DNA from: Bacillota bacterium
GTDB taxonomy: Bacteria > Bacillota > DTU025
Direction of reading: 5' to 3'
NCBI GenBank assembly: GCA_050951805.1
Contig: JBMNJT010000008.1
Coordinates: 480,001 to 544,000 of the forward strand
DNA: 64,000 bases
Part shown: in pieces, positions 29,299-38,563 of the stretch
How positions within the stretch are numbered: position 1 is the stretch's first letter
How the letters are laid out: each line of letters starts with the position of its first letter
Made by a program: the position numbers and the translations under genes
Notes under the pieces: generated by a model
The model's input: the letters and a program-made list of their open reading frames with translations, nothing else
The model's database searches: none
What the model was told of the DNA's origin: nothing

Positions 29299-30318
29299 AT
29301 GAAAAACCGTGTTGTCGCTTTCGCGCTTGCCATCATCGCCATTCTCTCGCTCACATTAGGTTCGTCTTTGGCCGCTCCGCCCAAGCACAAAGTTGCCTAC
29401 ATCATAAATGGTGCACTGGGTGACCTTTCGTTCTATGATTCCGGCCAGGAAGGTATCGATAGGATCCGAAAGGAGCTCAATGCTGAAACAAGGACCATCG
29501 AATGCAACTTTGATCCTGTTGCATATCCTCAGGCGCTCCAGTCGGCAGTCGCTTGGGGGGCGGATGTGATCTTCGTCGTTTCCTATGGATTTGAGGACCT
29601 TCTCATGCAGTACGCCGACACATACCCCGATAAGAAGTGGATCAACCTCGACACTGTGGTTGAAAACAAGAAGAAGACCATTACCAGCGTTGATTTTATC
29701 GAGGAAGAAGGCGCCTTCATGGCCGGCGTCGTTGCTGGACTCGTAACGACTGACACATCCATCCCGGGCGTAAACCGCGACAAAGTCGTCGGTGCCGTCT
29801 GCGGCGATGATGATCCGGTCATACGAGGTTTTTTGTACGGTTACGAGCAAGGCGCAAAGCATATCGACAAGGATATTGAAGTGAAGGCGATCTTCACTGG
29901 CACCTGGGATGACCCTGTCAGGGGCAAGCAAGCTGCCAAGCAACTCTATTCGCAGAAGGTTGACATCATATTCCAGATCGCCGCGCTCACGGGATCCGGA
30001 GTGCTTGAGGCCGCAAAAGAAGAAGGCAAATACGCCATAGGCGTCGATTCCAACCAGAACGGAATCCAGCCCGGGCACGTGGTAACTTCCATGCTAAAAC
30101 ACATGGGCCAGTCAATTTATCGTGTTTACGGCACGATTTTGGATGGCAAATACAAGCCAGGTATGGTTCTGGAATACGGGCTGCGGGAAGGCGGAGTCGG
30201 TCTTGCCATCGATGAGCATACCAGGAGAATACTCCCTGCAAAGAGCCTTCAGAGGGTCATAGATATTGAGAACAAGGTGAAGAGCGGCGCGATCAAGGTC
30301 GAAAGATATCGCGGATGA
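29299..30318 (+). CDS. BMP-family (nucleoside) ABC transporter substrate-binding protein
   Basis: GALGDLSFYD, EGAFMAG, GTWDDPVRGK, AIGVDSNQ motifs; signal peptide without Cys. Confidence 0.9.
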   Translation: MKNRVVAFALAIIAILSLTLGSSLAAPPKHKVAYIINGALGDLSFYDSGQEGIDRIRKELNAETRTIECNFDPVAYPQALQSAVAWGADVIFVVSYGFEDLLMQYADTYPDKKWINLDTVVENKKKTITSVDFIEEEGAFMAGVVAGLVTTDTSIPGVNRDKVVGAVCGDDDPVIRGFLYGYEQGAKHIDKDIEVKAIFTGTWDDPVRGKQAAKQLYSQKVDIIFQIAALTGSGVLEAAKEEGKYAIGVDSNQNGIQPGHVVTSMLKHMGQSIYRVYGTILDGKYKPGMVLEYGLREGGVGLAIDEHTRRILPAKSLQRVIDIENKVKSGAIKVERYRG

Positions 30319-30405
30319 TTGCGTGGCACATTGAAGCTGCAAATGCGGGCGCCGGCTTCGTCTAGCCGGGTCGTGCTGTCAGCGGTTGCGTTCAACACAG
30401 TGTAT

Positions 30406-30442
30406 GGCAGGAAGGGAAGGCTGATTGCCGACTCTTCCTGTC
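30406..30442 (+). other. Intercistronic stem-loop between binding-protein and ATPase genes
   Basis: GGCAGGAAGGG...CTCTTCCTGTC pairing; such hairpins commonly stabilise the upstream mRNA segment. Confidence 0.45.
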
Positions 30443-30497
30443 CCTTGTTATTTCAGATGCAGTGTTCCACAGACTTTTCTTGGAGGTGCATCGCTTC

Positions 30498-32060
30498 TTG
30501 CAGGACCAATTCATAAAGATGGACTCCATAACGAAGATCTATCCCCCCGATACCATTGCCTTAGATGACGTGGATTTGGTTGTCGAAGAAGGAGAAATCC
30601 ATTCCATAATCGGGGAGAATGGGGCCGGCAAATCCACGCTCATGAAGGTGCTCTATGGCATGACCCCGCCAAGCGGCGGTGAAATCAGTTTTCGGGGCCG
30701 GCGCACAAGGTTCTCTACGCCTAGGGAAGCCGTGGCCGCAGGCATAGGCATGGTTCATCAGGAGTTCATGCTCATCCCTTCCTACACGGTGTATGAAAAC
30801 GTGATCTTGGGCGCAGAATCCGTAGGGAGGTTCGGCACACTCCGCCATGATGATGCAAAACCTAAAGTGCAGGAGCTTGTTGACACGTATGGCCTGAACA
30901 TAGACATCGACAGCCGAATCAGCGATCTTTCAGTCGGCGCCCAACAGAAGGTGGAGATACTGAAGCTCCTCTATAGGGATGTTGATGTTCTCATCATGGA
31001 CGAGCCAACTGCGGCGCTCACTCCGCAGGAAGCGGGGGAGCTTTTCACAAGATTGAAGAGCCTCAACGAGGCAGGCAAGACCATCATTTTCATCAGCCAC
31101 AAACTCGACGAAGTGCTTGAATTATCTGACAGGATCACCGTAATGCGCAAAGGTAGACGGGTGACGACCGTGGACAACCGTGGGCTGGACAAGGCGGAGC
31201 TTGCGCGCGCCATGGTCGGAAGGGATGTCGTGTTCTCCATTAAGAAGACGCCTGCCTCCCCGGAAGAAGTAGTCTTTGAAGCGCGGAGCCTAGGATACAT
31301 CGACGCGAACGGAGCAACCAGGCTTAAGGACGTCTCTTTCGATGTCAGGCGCGGCGAGATAGTCGGGATTGCAGGGGTCGAGGGGAATGGTCAGTACGAG
31401 TTGGTCCAACTCGTTACGGGCCTCCTGCCGGCCCAGTCGGGAAGAGTCTTCATAGGAGGTCACGACGTGACAGATGAAGATGTTATGCAGAGGCGCAAGC
31501 TCATGTGCTATGTGCCTCAAGATAGAAAAGTCTCGGGAAGTGCCCAGAGCATGAGCCTTGTGGATAATGCCATCATGACCCACCACCGCCTCAACCCAGA
31601 GATTGAGGATCGCTGGAAAGCCCTGCTCAGTTCGGGGCGATGCCGTGCCTTTGCTTCTCGCTTGGTGGAGGACTTCGGGGTTCTCGCGCCCCAACTTGAT
31701 GCGCCCATTTCATCACTTTCAGGCGGAAATCAGCAGAAAGTGGTGGTCGGCAGGGAGTTCATGCTCGACACGGATTTCATCCTCCTCGACCAGCCTACGC
31801 GTGGGCTTGATGTTGGCTCCATAGAATACGTGCAGCAGGAAGTAGTGCGCAGGCGCGATGCGGGAGCGGGATGTCTGTTGATTTCTGCTGATCTCGACGA
31901 GCTTTTCAGCCTGTCCGACAGGATACTGGTGATGGCGAGAGGCAGGATCGTTGCCGAGCTTCGCCCGGAGGCGACCACCCGCGAGGAGATAGGCGAGTAC
32001 ATGCTCGGGGCGAAAGAAGCTCAGAAGGCCTGGCGCGCCGGGAAGGAGGTTGGAAGGTGA
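30498..32060 (+). CDS. Nucleoside/sugar ABC transporter ATP-binding protein (two ABC domains)
   Basis: GENGAGKST, ISHKLDE, LSGGNQQK, PTRGLDVG; TTG 30498 after GGAGG. Confidence 0.92.
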   Translation: MQDQFIKMDSITKIYPPDTIALDDVDLVVEEGEIHSIIGENGAGKSTLMKVLYGMTPPSGGEISFRGRRTRFSTPREAVAAGIGMVHQEFMLIPSYTVYENVILGAESVGRFGTLRHDDAKPKVQELVDTYGLNIDIDSRISDLSVGAQQKVEILKLLYRDVDVLIMDEPTAALTPQEAGELFTRLKSLNEAGKTIIFISHKLDEVLELSDRITVMRKGRRVTTVDNRGLDKAELARAMVGRDVVFSIKKTPASPEEVVFEARSLGYIDANGATRLKDVSFDVRRGEIVGIAGVEGNGQYELVQLVTGLLPAQSGRVFIGGHDVTDEDVMQRRKLMCYVPQDRKVSGSAQSMSLVDNAIMTHHRLNPEIEDRWKALLSSGRCRAFASRLVEDFGVLAPQLDAPISSLSGGNQQKVVVGREFMLDTDFILLDQPTRGLDVGSIEYVQQEVVRRRDAGAGCLLISADLDELFSLSDRILVMARGRIVAELRPEATTREEIGEYMLGAKEAQKAWRAGKEVGR

Positions 32061-33139
32061 AGAAGCAGTTACTGCCTGCAATCATTGGAATAGTCGTTGC
32101 TCTTTTGGCAGGCCTCATTATCCTGTGGGCCCAAGGGTATCCGCCTTTGCAAAGCTATGCGGCGCTCTTTTCCTATAGCCTGTTTTCAAGGTTTGCATTC
32201 TTTTCGACTCTGGACAAGGCAACGCCGCTGATACTGACCGGCCTTTCAGCTGCTGTGGGGTTCGGAAGCAACTGTGTGAACCTGGGCCAACCGGGTCAGT
32301 TTTTGATCGGCGCCATTGCAGTTACTGCCTTTGGAATAGCGGTGGATCTTCCAGCGGCAATCATGATTCCCCTGTCAATTTTGGTTGCGCTTGCCGCCGG
32401 CGCATGTTGGTCTGGAATTGCCGCAGGCCTGAGGCGACGTTTCAACATGGACGAGTTCATCACTACTTTGATGCTCAACTTTATCGCTGACTATTTCACA
32501 TTGTATCTAATATCCGGTCCTATGCTGGATACGAAGATGTACTCTCCGCTAACCCCCATGACGAATTCCGGGGCATGGCTTCCGATATGGAATGGCTTTG
32601 GCTCCGCATTTCTCGTGGCGGTTGCGGCTTTTGCGGTTGTCTCTGTTCTGTGGAACCGATCGAAGATCGGTTATGAATGGCGAGCGATGGGGCAGAACCC
32701 GATCTTCTCGAGAACGGGCGGGTGTCGAAACGATGCCGCCTATGTATGGGCTATGCTTCTCAGCGGAGCCTTGGCTGGGCTCGCAGGCGGGCTCATGATT
32801 ATGGGTGGGATGCAGCATCGGTTTGTGAAAGGGATCGGCGCTAACTATGCGTGGGACGGGGTTATGATAGCAATAGTGGCTAACAACAACATTCTGGCCA
32901 CAGGTCTGTACGCCCTGTTTTTTTCGGTGCTTCAGACAGGCGCAATGGGCATGGAGCTTGAAACGTCTGTCCCTTCCGAGTTTTCTCTGGTGCTTCAGGC
33001 GATAGTAGTGCTCTTTGTTGTGGCCAGCAGAGAGTCGACTCGTATGCTGATGAACAATATCGCTGCCGAGATGAGGATGAAGAGGGCTCGCGGCAGGGAT
33101 AAGGGAATGGGGGATGGACGCCGTGCATCTAATGGTTGA
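32057..33139 (+). CDS. Nucleoside ABC transporter permease
   Basis: ATPLILTGL, NLGQPGQ, EFITTLMLN; hydrophobic; GTGA overlap with ATPase stop. Confidence 0.9.
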   Translation: MKKQLLPAIIGIVVALLAGLIILWAQGYPPLQSYAALFSYSLFSRFAFFSTLDKATPLILTGLSAAVGFGSNCVNLGQPGQFLIGAIAVTAFGIAVDLPAAIMIPLSILVALAAGACWSGIAAGLRRRFNMDEFITTLMLNFIADYFTLYLISGPMLDTKMYSPLTPMTNSGAWLPIWNGFGSAFLVAVAAFAVVSVLWNRSKIGYEWRAMGQNPIFSRTGGCRNDAAYVWAMLLSGALAGLAGGLMIMGGMQHRFVKGIGANYAWDGVMIAIVANNNILATGLYALFFSVLQTGAMGMELETSVPSEFSLVLQAIVVLFVVASRESTRMLMNNIAAEMRMKRARGRDKGMGDGRRASNG

Positions 33140-34046
33140 GATGATAAGGTCGAGCATCCTTTCGGCAACCCCGGTCCTCCTTGCGGGCCTTGGGGGCGCC
33201 TACACTTATTACGCCGATGTCTTCAACATCGCTATGGAAGGCATGATGTTGATCGGGGCCTTTACGGCCGTCGCCGGCAGCTATTCCTCTGGTTCATGGG
33301 CCGTGGGAGTTCTTTCTGGGATAGCAGGCGGCCTTGCGGCAGCTCTCATATTTGCCTTCTTCGTTGTATCTTTAAAAACTGATGAGTTTGTTACCGGGAC
33401 CGCCCTAAACATGCTGGCATTGGGCGGGACGACGTATTCGCTCAGGCAGCTCTTTCACGTGAAGGGAGCTTTCATGTCCCCGGCCATTCAGTCGATACCG
33501 CGTTGGAATATCCCACTCGTATCCGAAATCCCGTGTTTAGGTCCGATTTTGAGCGGGCATCCCTTCATCGTCTATATCGGTATTCTCCTTGCCTTCTTTG
33601 TGGAATGGCATATATTCAACACAAGGTTCGGATTGAGGCTCAGGGCTGTGGGCGAAGATGCGACCGCGGTGGACTCCGTAGGAGTCAGTTCCGACAGGAT
33701 CAAGGCTCAGGCCATAATGGCATCGGGAGTTCTTTGCGGACTTGCAGGCGCATATCTCTCCTTAGGTTATGTCACGCTTTTTGCTGAAAACATGTCGAAT
33801 GGCCGTGGTTGGATTGCCCTCGCCGTCATAATACTGACCAGGGGCCGTCCAATGGGACTTCTCCTGATGTCACTGGTCTTTGGATTCTTCGATGGACTGG
33901 GGCTGAGCTTGCAGGGAACGATGATTCCGCCACAGTTCACTCAGATGGTTCCCTATGTCGTGACCATCGTGGCGCTCTATTTTTACTCGAGAGAGAAGGG
34001 TACTGCCAAGGGTGAACCAGAGCAATCGAAGGCGAGCCTTTCATGA
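33114..34046 (+). CDS. Nucleoside ABC transporter permease
   Basis: NIAMEGMML, TRFGLRLRAVGE, GRGWIALA and MVPYVVT motifs. Confidence 0.9.
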   Translation: MDAVHLMVEMIRSSILSATPVLLAGLGGAYTYYADVFNIAMEGMMLIGAFTAVAGSYSSGSWAVGVLSGIAGGLAAALIFAFFVVSLKTDEFVTGTALNMLALGGTTYSLRQLFHVKGAFMSPAIQSIPRWNIPLVSEIPCLGPILSGHPFIVYIGILLAFFVEWHIFNTRFGLRLRAVGEDATAVDSVGVSSDRIKAQAIMASGVLCGLAGAYLSLGYVTLFAENMSNGRGWIALAVIILTRGRPMGLLLMSLVFGFFDGLGLSLQGTMIPPQFTQMVPYVVTIVALYFYSREKGTAKGEPEQSKASLS

Positions 34047-34170
34047 CGTGGAGGGCGAGGTTAATGAGGTAATCAGCCTCGAAGACGCAAATTGGCTGGC
34101 AGTTGCGCGGCCGAGAATTCCATGCTAATCTTAATCGAGCCTGCTATCAATATGAGGGGGGGAATTTGCA

Positions 34171-34737
34171 TTGAAGAAATCAGGCAATGTTACCTTGGTT
34201 GTAGTTCTTGCGATCGTGGCCGTGCTCGGGATCGGATTTGTGAGCGTGTCAAACTCGATCGTCAGGGCGGAGGAAGAGGTAAACGCATCCTGGGCTGAAG
34301 TCCAAAATCAGCTTCAGCGTCGTTATGACCTTATTCCGAATCTTGTGGAAACGGTAAAAGGTTATGCTGCACATGAAGAAGAGGTATTTACGGCAATAGC
34401 TGATGCCAGGGCGAAGCTGGGCGGAGCTCAGTCAGTCACAGAAACCGCTGAGGCTGTGAATGCCATGGAAGGGGCGCTTTCCAGGCTTCTTGTGGTGGTA
34501 GAGAACTACCCAGAGCTCAAAGCGGATGCTTCCTTCAGAGACCTCACATACGAGCTCGCCGGCACCGAAAACAGAATAGCCGTTGCTAGACAGCGGTACA
34601 ATACCTCCGTCCAGTCATACAACGTGAAAATCCGCACTTTCCCCAACTCGATAGTTGCAGGAATGCGCGGCGCTGTGCCCAAGGATATGTTCGAAGCCCA
34701 GGCTGGTGCGTCGGTTGCTCCAGAGGTCAAGTTCTAA
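34171..34737 (+). CDS. lemA: LemA family protein
   Basis: WAEVQNQLQRRYDLIPNLVETVKGYA, ENYPELKA, ENRIAVARQRYN. Confidence 0.95.
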   Translation: MKKSGNVTLVVVLAIVAVLGIGFVSVSNSIVRAEEEVNASWAEVQNQLQRRYDLIPNLVETVKGYAAHEEEVFTAIADARAKLGGAQSVTETAEAVNAMEGALSRLLVVVENYPELKADASFRDLTYELAGTENRIAVARQRYNTSVQSYNVKIRTFPNSIVAGMRGAVPKDMFEAQAGASVAPEVKF

Positions 34738-34739
34738 AG

Positions 34740-35651
34740 ATGTGCGGGGATGACCCAGACGGGAACAGATCGGAGCGAAGGATGCAAATGACAACACTGA
34801 GAAGGCTTACGGCGTGTAACAATGGATTCGGCCAATCGATGAACACATCCCAGGTGAGGCCATGGGCGGCAATTGTTTGCGTCTTTGCCATGATATTGGC
34901 TTGCTCCATTCCTGTGTGCGGGCAGCCAAAGGTTCCTGCAAAACCGGTGCCGCCTCGGCTCATGAATGACTTGGCTGGGATGCTTACGTCTTCGGAAGTG
35001 GATGATATCGAGGAGAGACTCGTGGCGCTGAACAGAGCCAACGGGGTGCAATTTGCAGTTGTTATCGTTCCAGATATGGGAGGCTACTCGATAGAAGAAT
35101 ACTCGGTTGAACTCTTTCAGAAATGGGGAATAGGAGAGGCAAAAGAGGACAACGGCCTGCTTTTGCTAATAGCAGAGGACGAGGGAAGGCTTAAGTTCGA
35201 GACAGGTTATGGCCTCGAAGGCGATCTGCCTGACTCGTTCTTGGGCCGCGTGATCGACGAGAACCTTGTTCCTCATTTTGTGGAAGGCGATCCCGCGGCA
35301 GGCATCGTGGAGGCAATCAACACGATCGCTCTCAGGCTTACTGGCGAAGAAATGGAACCTGCTGAGGAAGAGAGCAAAGGGCTTTCTCCTGATGCGCTGG
35401 CGGCGATAGTCTTCTTTGCCATTGTAATCGCATTTGTGATTGCGAAGTCCAGCGCACGCAAGAACCGCAGTAAGCGACCGCCCAGATCCGGTGGTGGCGT
35501 GTATCGGCCTCCTTCTACTCCTAGACCCTTCTCTGGTGGAGGATGGAAGGGACCGTCTGGAGGTTCTGGAGGTAGTTCCTCCGGAGGCGGATTCGGCGGG
35601 TTCGGAGGAGGCAAATCGGGCGGCGGAGGCGCCAGCGGGGGATGGAAATAG
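34740..35651 (+). CDS. TPM-domain membrane protein with Gly-rich tail
   Basis: NDLAGML, WGIGEAKEDNGLLLL, ETGYGLEGDLPD, FGGFGGGKSGGGGASGGW; usual partner of lemA. True start probably downstream of 34740. Confidence 0.88.
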   Translation: MCGDDPDGNRSERRMQMTTLRRLTACNNGFGQSMNTSQVRPWAAIVCVFAMILACSIPVCGQPKVPAKPVPPRLMNDLAGMLTSSEVDDIEERLVALNRANGVQFAVVIVPDMGGYSIEEYSVELFQKWGIGEAKEDNGLLLLIAEDEGRLKFETGYGLEGDLPDSFLGRVIDENLVPHFVEGDPAAGIVEAINTIALRLTGEEMEPAEEESKGLSPDALAAIVFFAIVIAFVIAKSSARKNRSKRPPRSGGGVYRPPSTPRPFSGGGWKGPSGGSGGSSSGGGFGGFGGGKSGGGGASGGWK

Positions 35652-35893
35652 CGCAACGGCGTCAAATAGCGCATTAGGGCTGACGTCTTCCCGCTACTAG
35701 TTTGACGGGATCAACAAGGGCAGAGGTCGCCTCGAGCGCCAGAGCTGGTTCAACGGATAAAGTGTTCTCTTGCCTCGCACGCACTGATCGATTCGTTTCC
35801 GGCTACGAGCTCCAGATATCTGTAGCAGGTGTAGGCTGAGCGGCCTGCAATGCAAATGCCAAGGCCATCTAGAAGCCCGAGGGCCGCTCAGCG

Positions 35894-37198
35894 TTATGTG
35901 GGCAGCCACCCTGTTCGATGCTTGTCTTGGACCAATTTCCGGTTGAACACGCCATCCATGCCGGCGGCCTTCACACGTTGGTTGATGCGCCGGACGTCAG
36001 TCGTATAGAGACCTGAGTCGTACATGCGCCTGAAGTAGACGCCTCCGGCAAAGGTGTACTTGTTCAAGAACCCCGTGGACGTTCGGAGAGATTGCTCTAT
36101 GAAGGCTATCAAGTCTCCTATCGCCAGAGATTGGGGAATTACGAGAGATTCCTGCCCTACGCATGACCGCACAGCATTATTGCCGGCAAGTGACCCGGTG
36201 CAAAGAGCTTCGGTGTGTCCCACCAATAGGCCTACCTTCTCTCCGGCGCAGAAGAGGTTGTCGATGCCCTCCACTTTCATAGCCTGATCGTGAGGGGTTA
36301 TGATGTTGTATCTTATAGAGTTGCCTCGTCCCCCTGCGTAGGGATCATGAAATACCGCGTGTTCGAACCCGGGGATTCTCCTGAGGCAATCGAGGGGGAA
36401 GAAGGGCGCCATAAGTTTTGCGTGCCCAGTGTCGAGGACGACCAGGTTGTCATAGAATTCTGGGAGCGAATACTGCTGGCACGCCTTCGATGCTGTCTTG
36501 TCCAGGCGTGCGATGTACCGCGGGACTGGGACCACGAGCACGCCGTTTTCCTCGAGGCTTCTTACTAGCCACACGGATAGCGACTTCTTTTCCAATTTGC
36601 AGGATCCACTCATGGCCTCGAAAAGGCTTCCTGAGATTTCGTTTGCCCCGGCTTTACCCGCAATGCTGACCCGTGGCCCGAAGGCAGGGCATCTGAGAAT
36701 GCACATTACGCAATTGCCATTGACCCGGGCGCAGTTGCCCTGCGGTCCAGCTGTTCCTGTGGCATCCACGAATGCATCTGCTCCTATACGGCTTCCGTCC
36801 GCCAGAACCAGGTGTGCTATGCGTCTTCCGTTCATCTCGACGTCTGTGACGCGAGATTCAAGCATCACGTGTATCCCGAGGCTCTCCAAGCCCTCTCGAA
36901 CGCGCGACTCTATCTTTGCTACATCATACAGGCTTGCATGTAGGTGGCCTGGAAAGTTGATTCTGCGATGCAGTGTAGCTTGGTCTATGATATCGAGGAG
37001 GTAGCCTCCTCCCATCGAGACAAGCTCGCGTGCGGCAGTGAATCGCCCGTTGTTGTTCATTATTCCGCCTACGAGGCCGGTCCCCAAAAGAAGATTGGTG
37101 CGTTCTATGAGCACCACGTCTGCGCCTGCCTGCGCTGCAGCGACTGCAGCTGCGCATCCCGCCCACCCGCCCCCTGCGACTGCCACCGTCACGCTCAT
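35894..37198 (-). CDS. FAD-dependent oxidoreductase (GidA/TrmFO-related fold) with Cys cluster
   Basis: VAGGGWAGCAAA dinucleotide motif, VDATG, NLFCAGEK; CARVNGNCVMCILRC cysteine run; ATG 37198 after GGAGG. Confidence 0.82.
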   Translation of the reverse strand: MSVTVAVAGGGWAGCAAAVAAAQAGADVVLIERTNLLLGTGLVGGIMNNNGRFTAARELVSMGGGYLLDIIDQATLHRRINFPGHLHASLYDVAKIESRVREGLESLGIHVMLESRVTDVEMNGRRIAHLVLADGSRIGADAFVDATGTAGPQGNCARVNGNCVMCILRCPAFGPRVSIAGKAGANEISGSLFEAMSGSCKLEKKSLSVWLVRSLEENGVLVVPVPRYIARLDKTASKACQQYSLPEFYDNLVVLDTGHAKLMAPFFPLDCLRRIPGFEHAVFHDPYAGGRGNSIRYNIITPHDQAMKVEGIDNLFCAGEKVGLLVGHTEALCTGSLAGNNAVRSCVGQESLVIPQSLAIGDLIAFIEQSLRTSTGFLNKYTFAGGVYFRRMYDSGLYTTDVRRINQRVKAAGMDGVFNRKLVQDKHRTGWLPT

Positions 37199-37267
37199 CG
37201 TGATGCCTCCCCCCTTGAAAGCTTCCAATCGATGCGACTGTTGTCTTCGGAAATGGTCACAACATCC

Positions 37268-38161
37268 CTAATCGGGTTTGTTTTTAGCGAATTCTGCTGC
37301 GATGATCTCCGGGAGCACTTTCGAGATTATCTGCCCTGCTGTGACAGGCGCCACCTTTCCCGGAAGCCCGGGGGCGAGCTCTGCATGGATGCCCCTTTCG
37401 GAGGCGGCGATGAAGTCGACTCCTCCCGGGGAGGATGCCAGGTCTATGATGGCGGCAGTCCTTTTCATGGAATACACTAGGCTTCTGTCTAGAACAAGAG
37501 CGGGCACGGTATTGAAGGCGATATCTATCTGCGGAAGGCACGAAGGCAGGTCCGCGAAGCTGAGGGGCGAAAGCCCCATTTCGAAAGCGCGAGCCCGATC
37601 CTCCGCCTTTCGGGCTGCCGCCCATACATGGGCTCCGAGGCCATGAAGCATGCGGGCAAGAGTCATTCCCGTACGCCCCAACCCGAGCACGAGGCAGTTG
37701 CTATTGTGGATGGTAAAGGGCGTGGCCTGCATGGCCATGAGAATGGCGCCCTCTGCAGACGGAATGGAATTGAGGATTGCGAGCTCGTCATTGGCTGTGG
37801 TTTCTATAGTCCGAATCCCCAGAGACTGACATTCTGCGGCCAGAAAGCGCGGCACGATTCCTGAAAACAGGATCGCGTTTGGACTCAAGACAAAGAGCAG
37901 TTCTCGTGTTATACAGATAGGACTGGATGTAACCCTTACATTGCCGTTGGAGTCTGTCCCTGAAAGCGGCAGCACAATAGCGTTTGCTCCGCGACATGCC
38001 TCCTTGGCGTTTGCTGCCGCGATTGCTTCAGGATGCAGTCCGTCTTTTGGTACGCCATAACAGCTGACTCTTGCCCCTCGGTCTATGAGGGCGCATACTA
38101 ATTTCAGTTCGCGGCTATCCCCTCCTAGCAGACAGATATGGCGCCCGTGCAAGTTGGCCAC
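37268..38161 (-). CDS. spoVFA: Dipicolinate synthase subunit A
   Basis: LGGDSRE, AILNSIPSAEGA, LGLGRTG, IDLASSPGGVDF, APGLPGKVAP; GTG 38161 after GGAGGT. Confidence 0.92.
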   Translation of the reverse strand: MANLHGRHICLLGGDSRELKLVCALIDRGARVSCYGVPKDGLHPEAIAAANAKEACRGANAIVLPLSGTDSNGNVRVTSSPICITRELLFVLSPNAILFSGIVPRFLAAECQSLGIRTIETTANDELAILNSIPSAEGAILMAMQATPFTIHNSNCLVLGLGRTGMTLARMLHGLGAHVWAAARKAEDRARAFEMGLSPLSFADLPSCLPQIDIAFNTVPALVLDRSLVYSMKRTAAIIDLASSPGGVDFIAASERGIHAELAPGLPGKVAPVTAGQIISKVLPEIIAAEFAKNKPD

Positions 38162-38196
38162 GCAACCCACCTCCATCACACACTTTCCCTCTACGC

Positions 38197-38224
38197 AAGT
38201 GTATGTCGCAAGTCTTGGTGACGT
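38197..38224 (-). promoter_or_regulatory. Candidate SigK (late mother-cell) promoter of spoVFA
   Basis: Minus strand AC, 17 nt, CATACACTT, matching AC-N16/17-CATANNNT; spoVF is SigK-dependent in Bacillus subtilis. Confidence 0.55.
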
Positions 38225-38563
38225 TACAGGATGCTCGGAAAGGCCTGTGACCGCCGATCATGCTCTGATGTTGGCAATGGACTTTGGTTGAGTCAGCCCA
38301 AAACCCCTGTTCTCAGGGATTGGGAGAGTCAATCCGATTCAGTGTCCATCACAAGGATGTGCCACGAACGGTTTTCCACGGAGGACCTGGTCATCTCAGT
38401 TTTGGAAAATCAAAGTCCTGCCTAAGCAGGTCGCAAGAAGTGTTTTGGCCATTGTCGGGCGGACAAGGCTCAACTGTTAGCAGTGCGAATTGGGGGATCA
38501 CGCAAGAGTCTATCGAGATTTGTTCAGTGCTCAGTTTTGACATTGTAGTGCTGCATATTGCTT

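Noticed and set aside
35500-35651. GGN repeat-like tract
   Set aside because: Ordinary Gly-rich tail of TPM-domain proteins.
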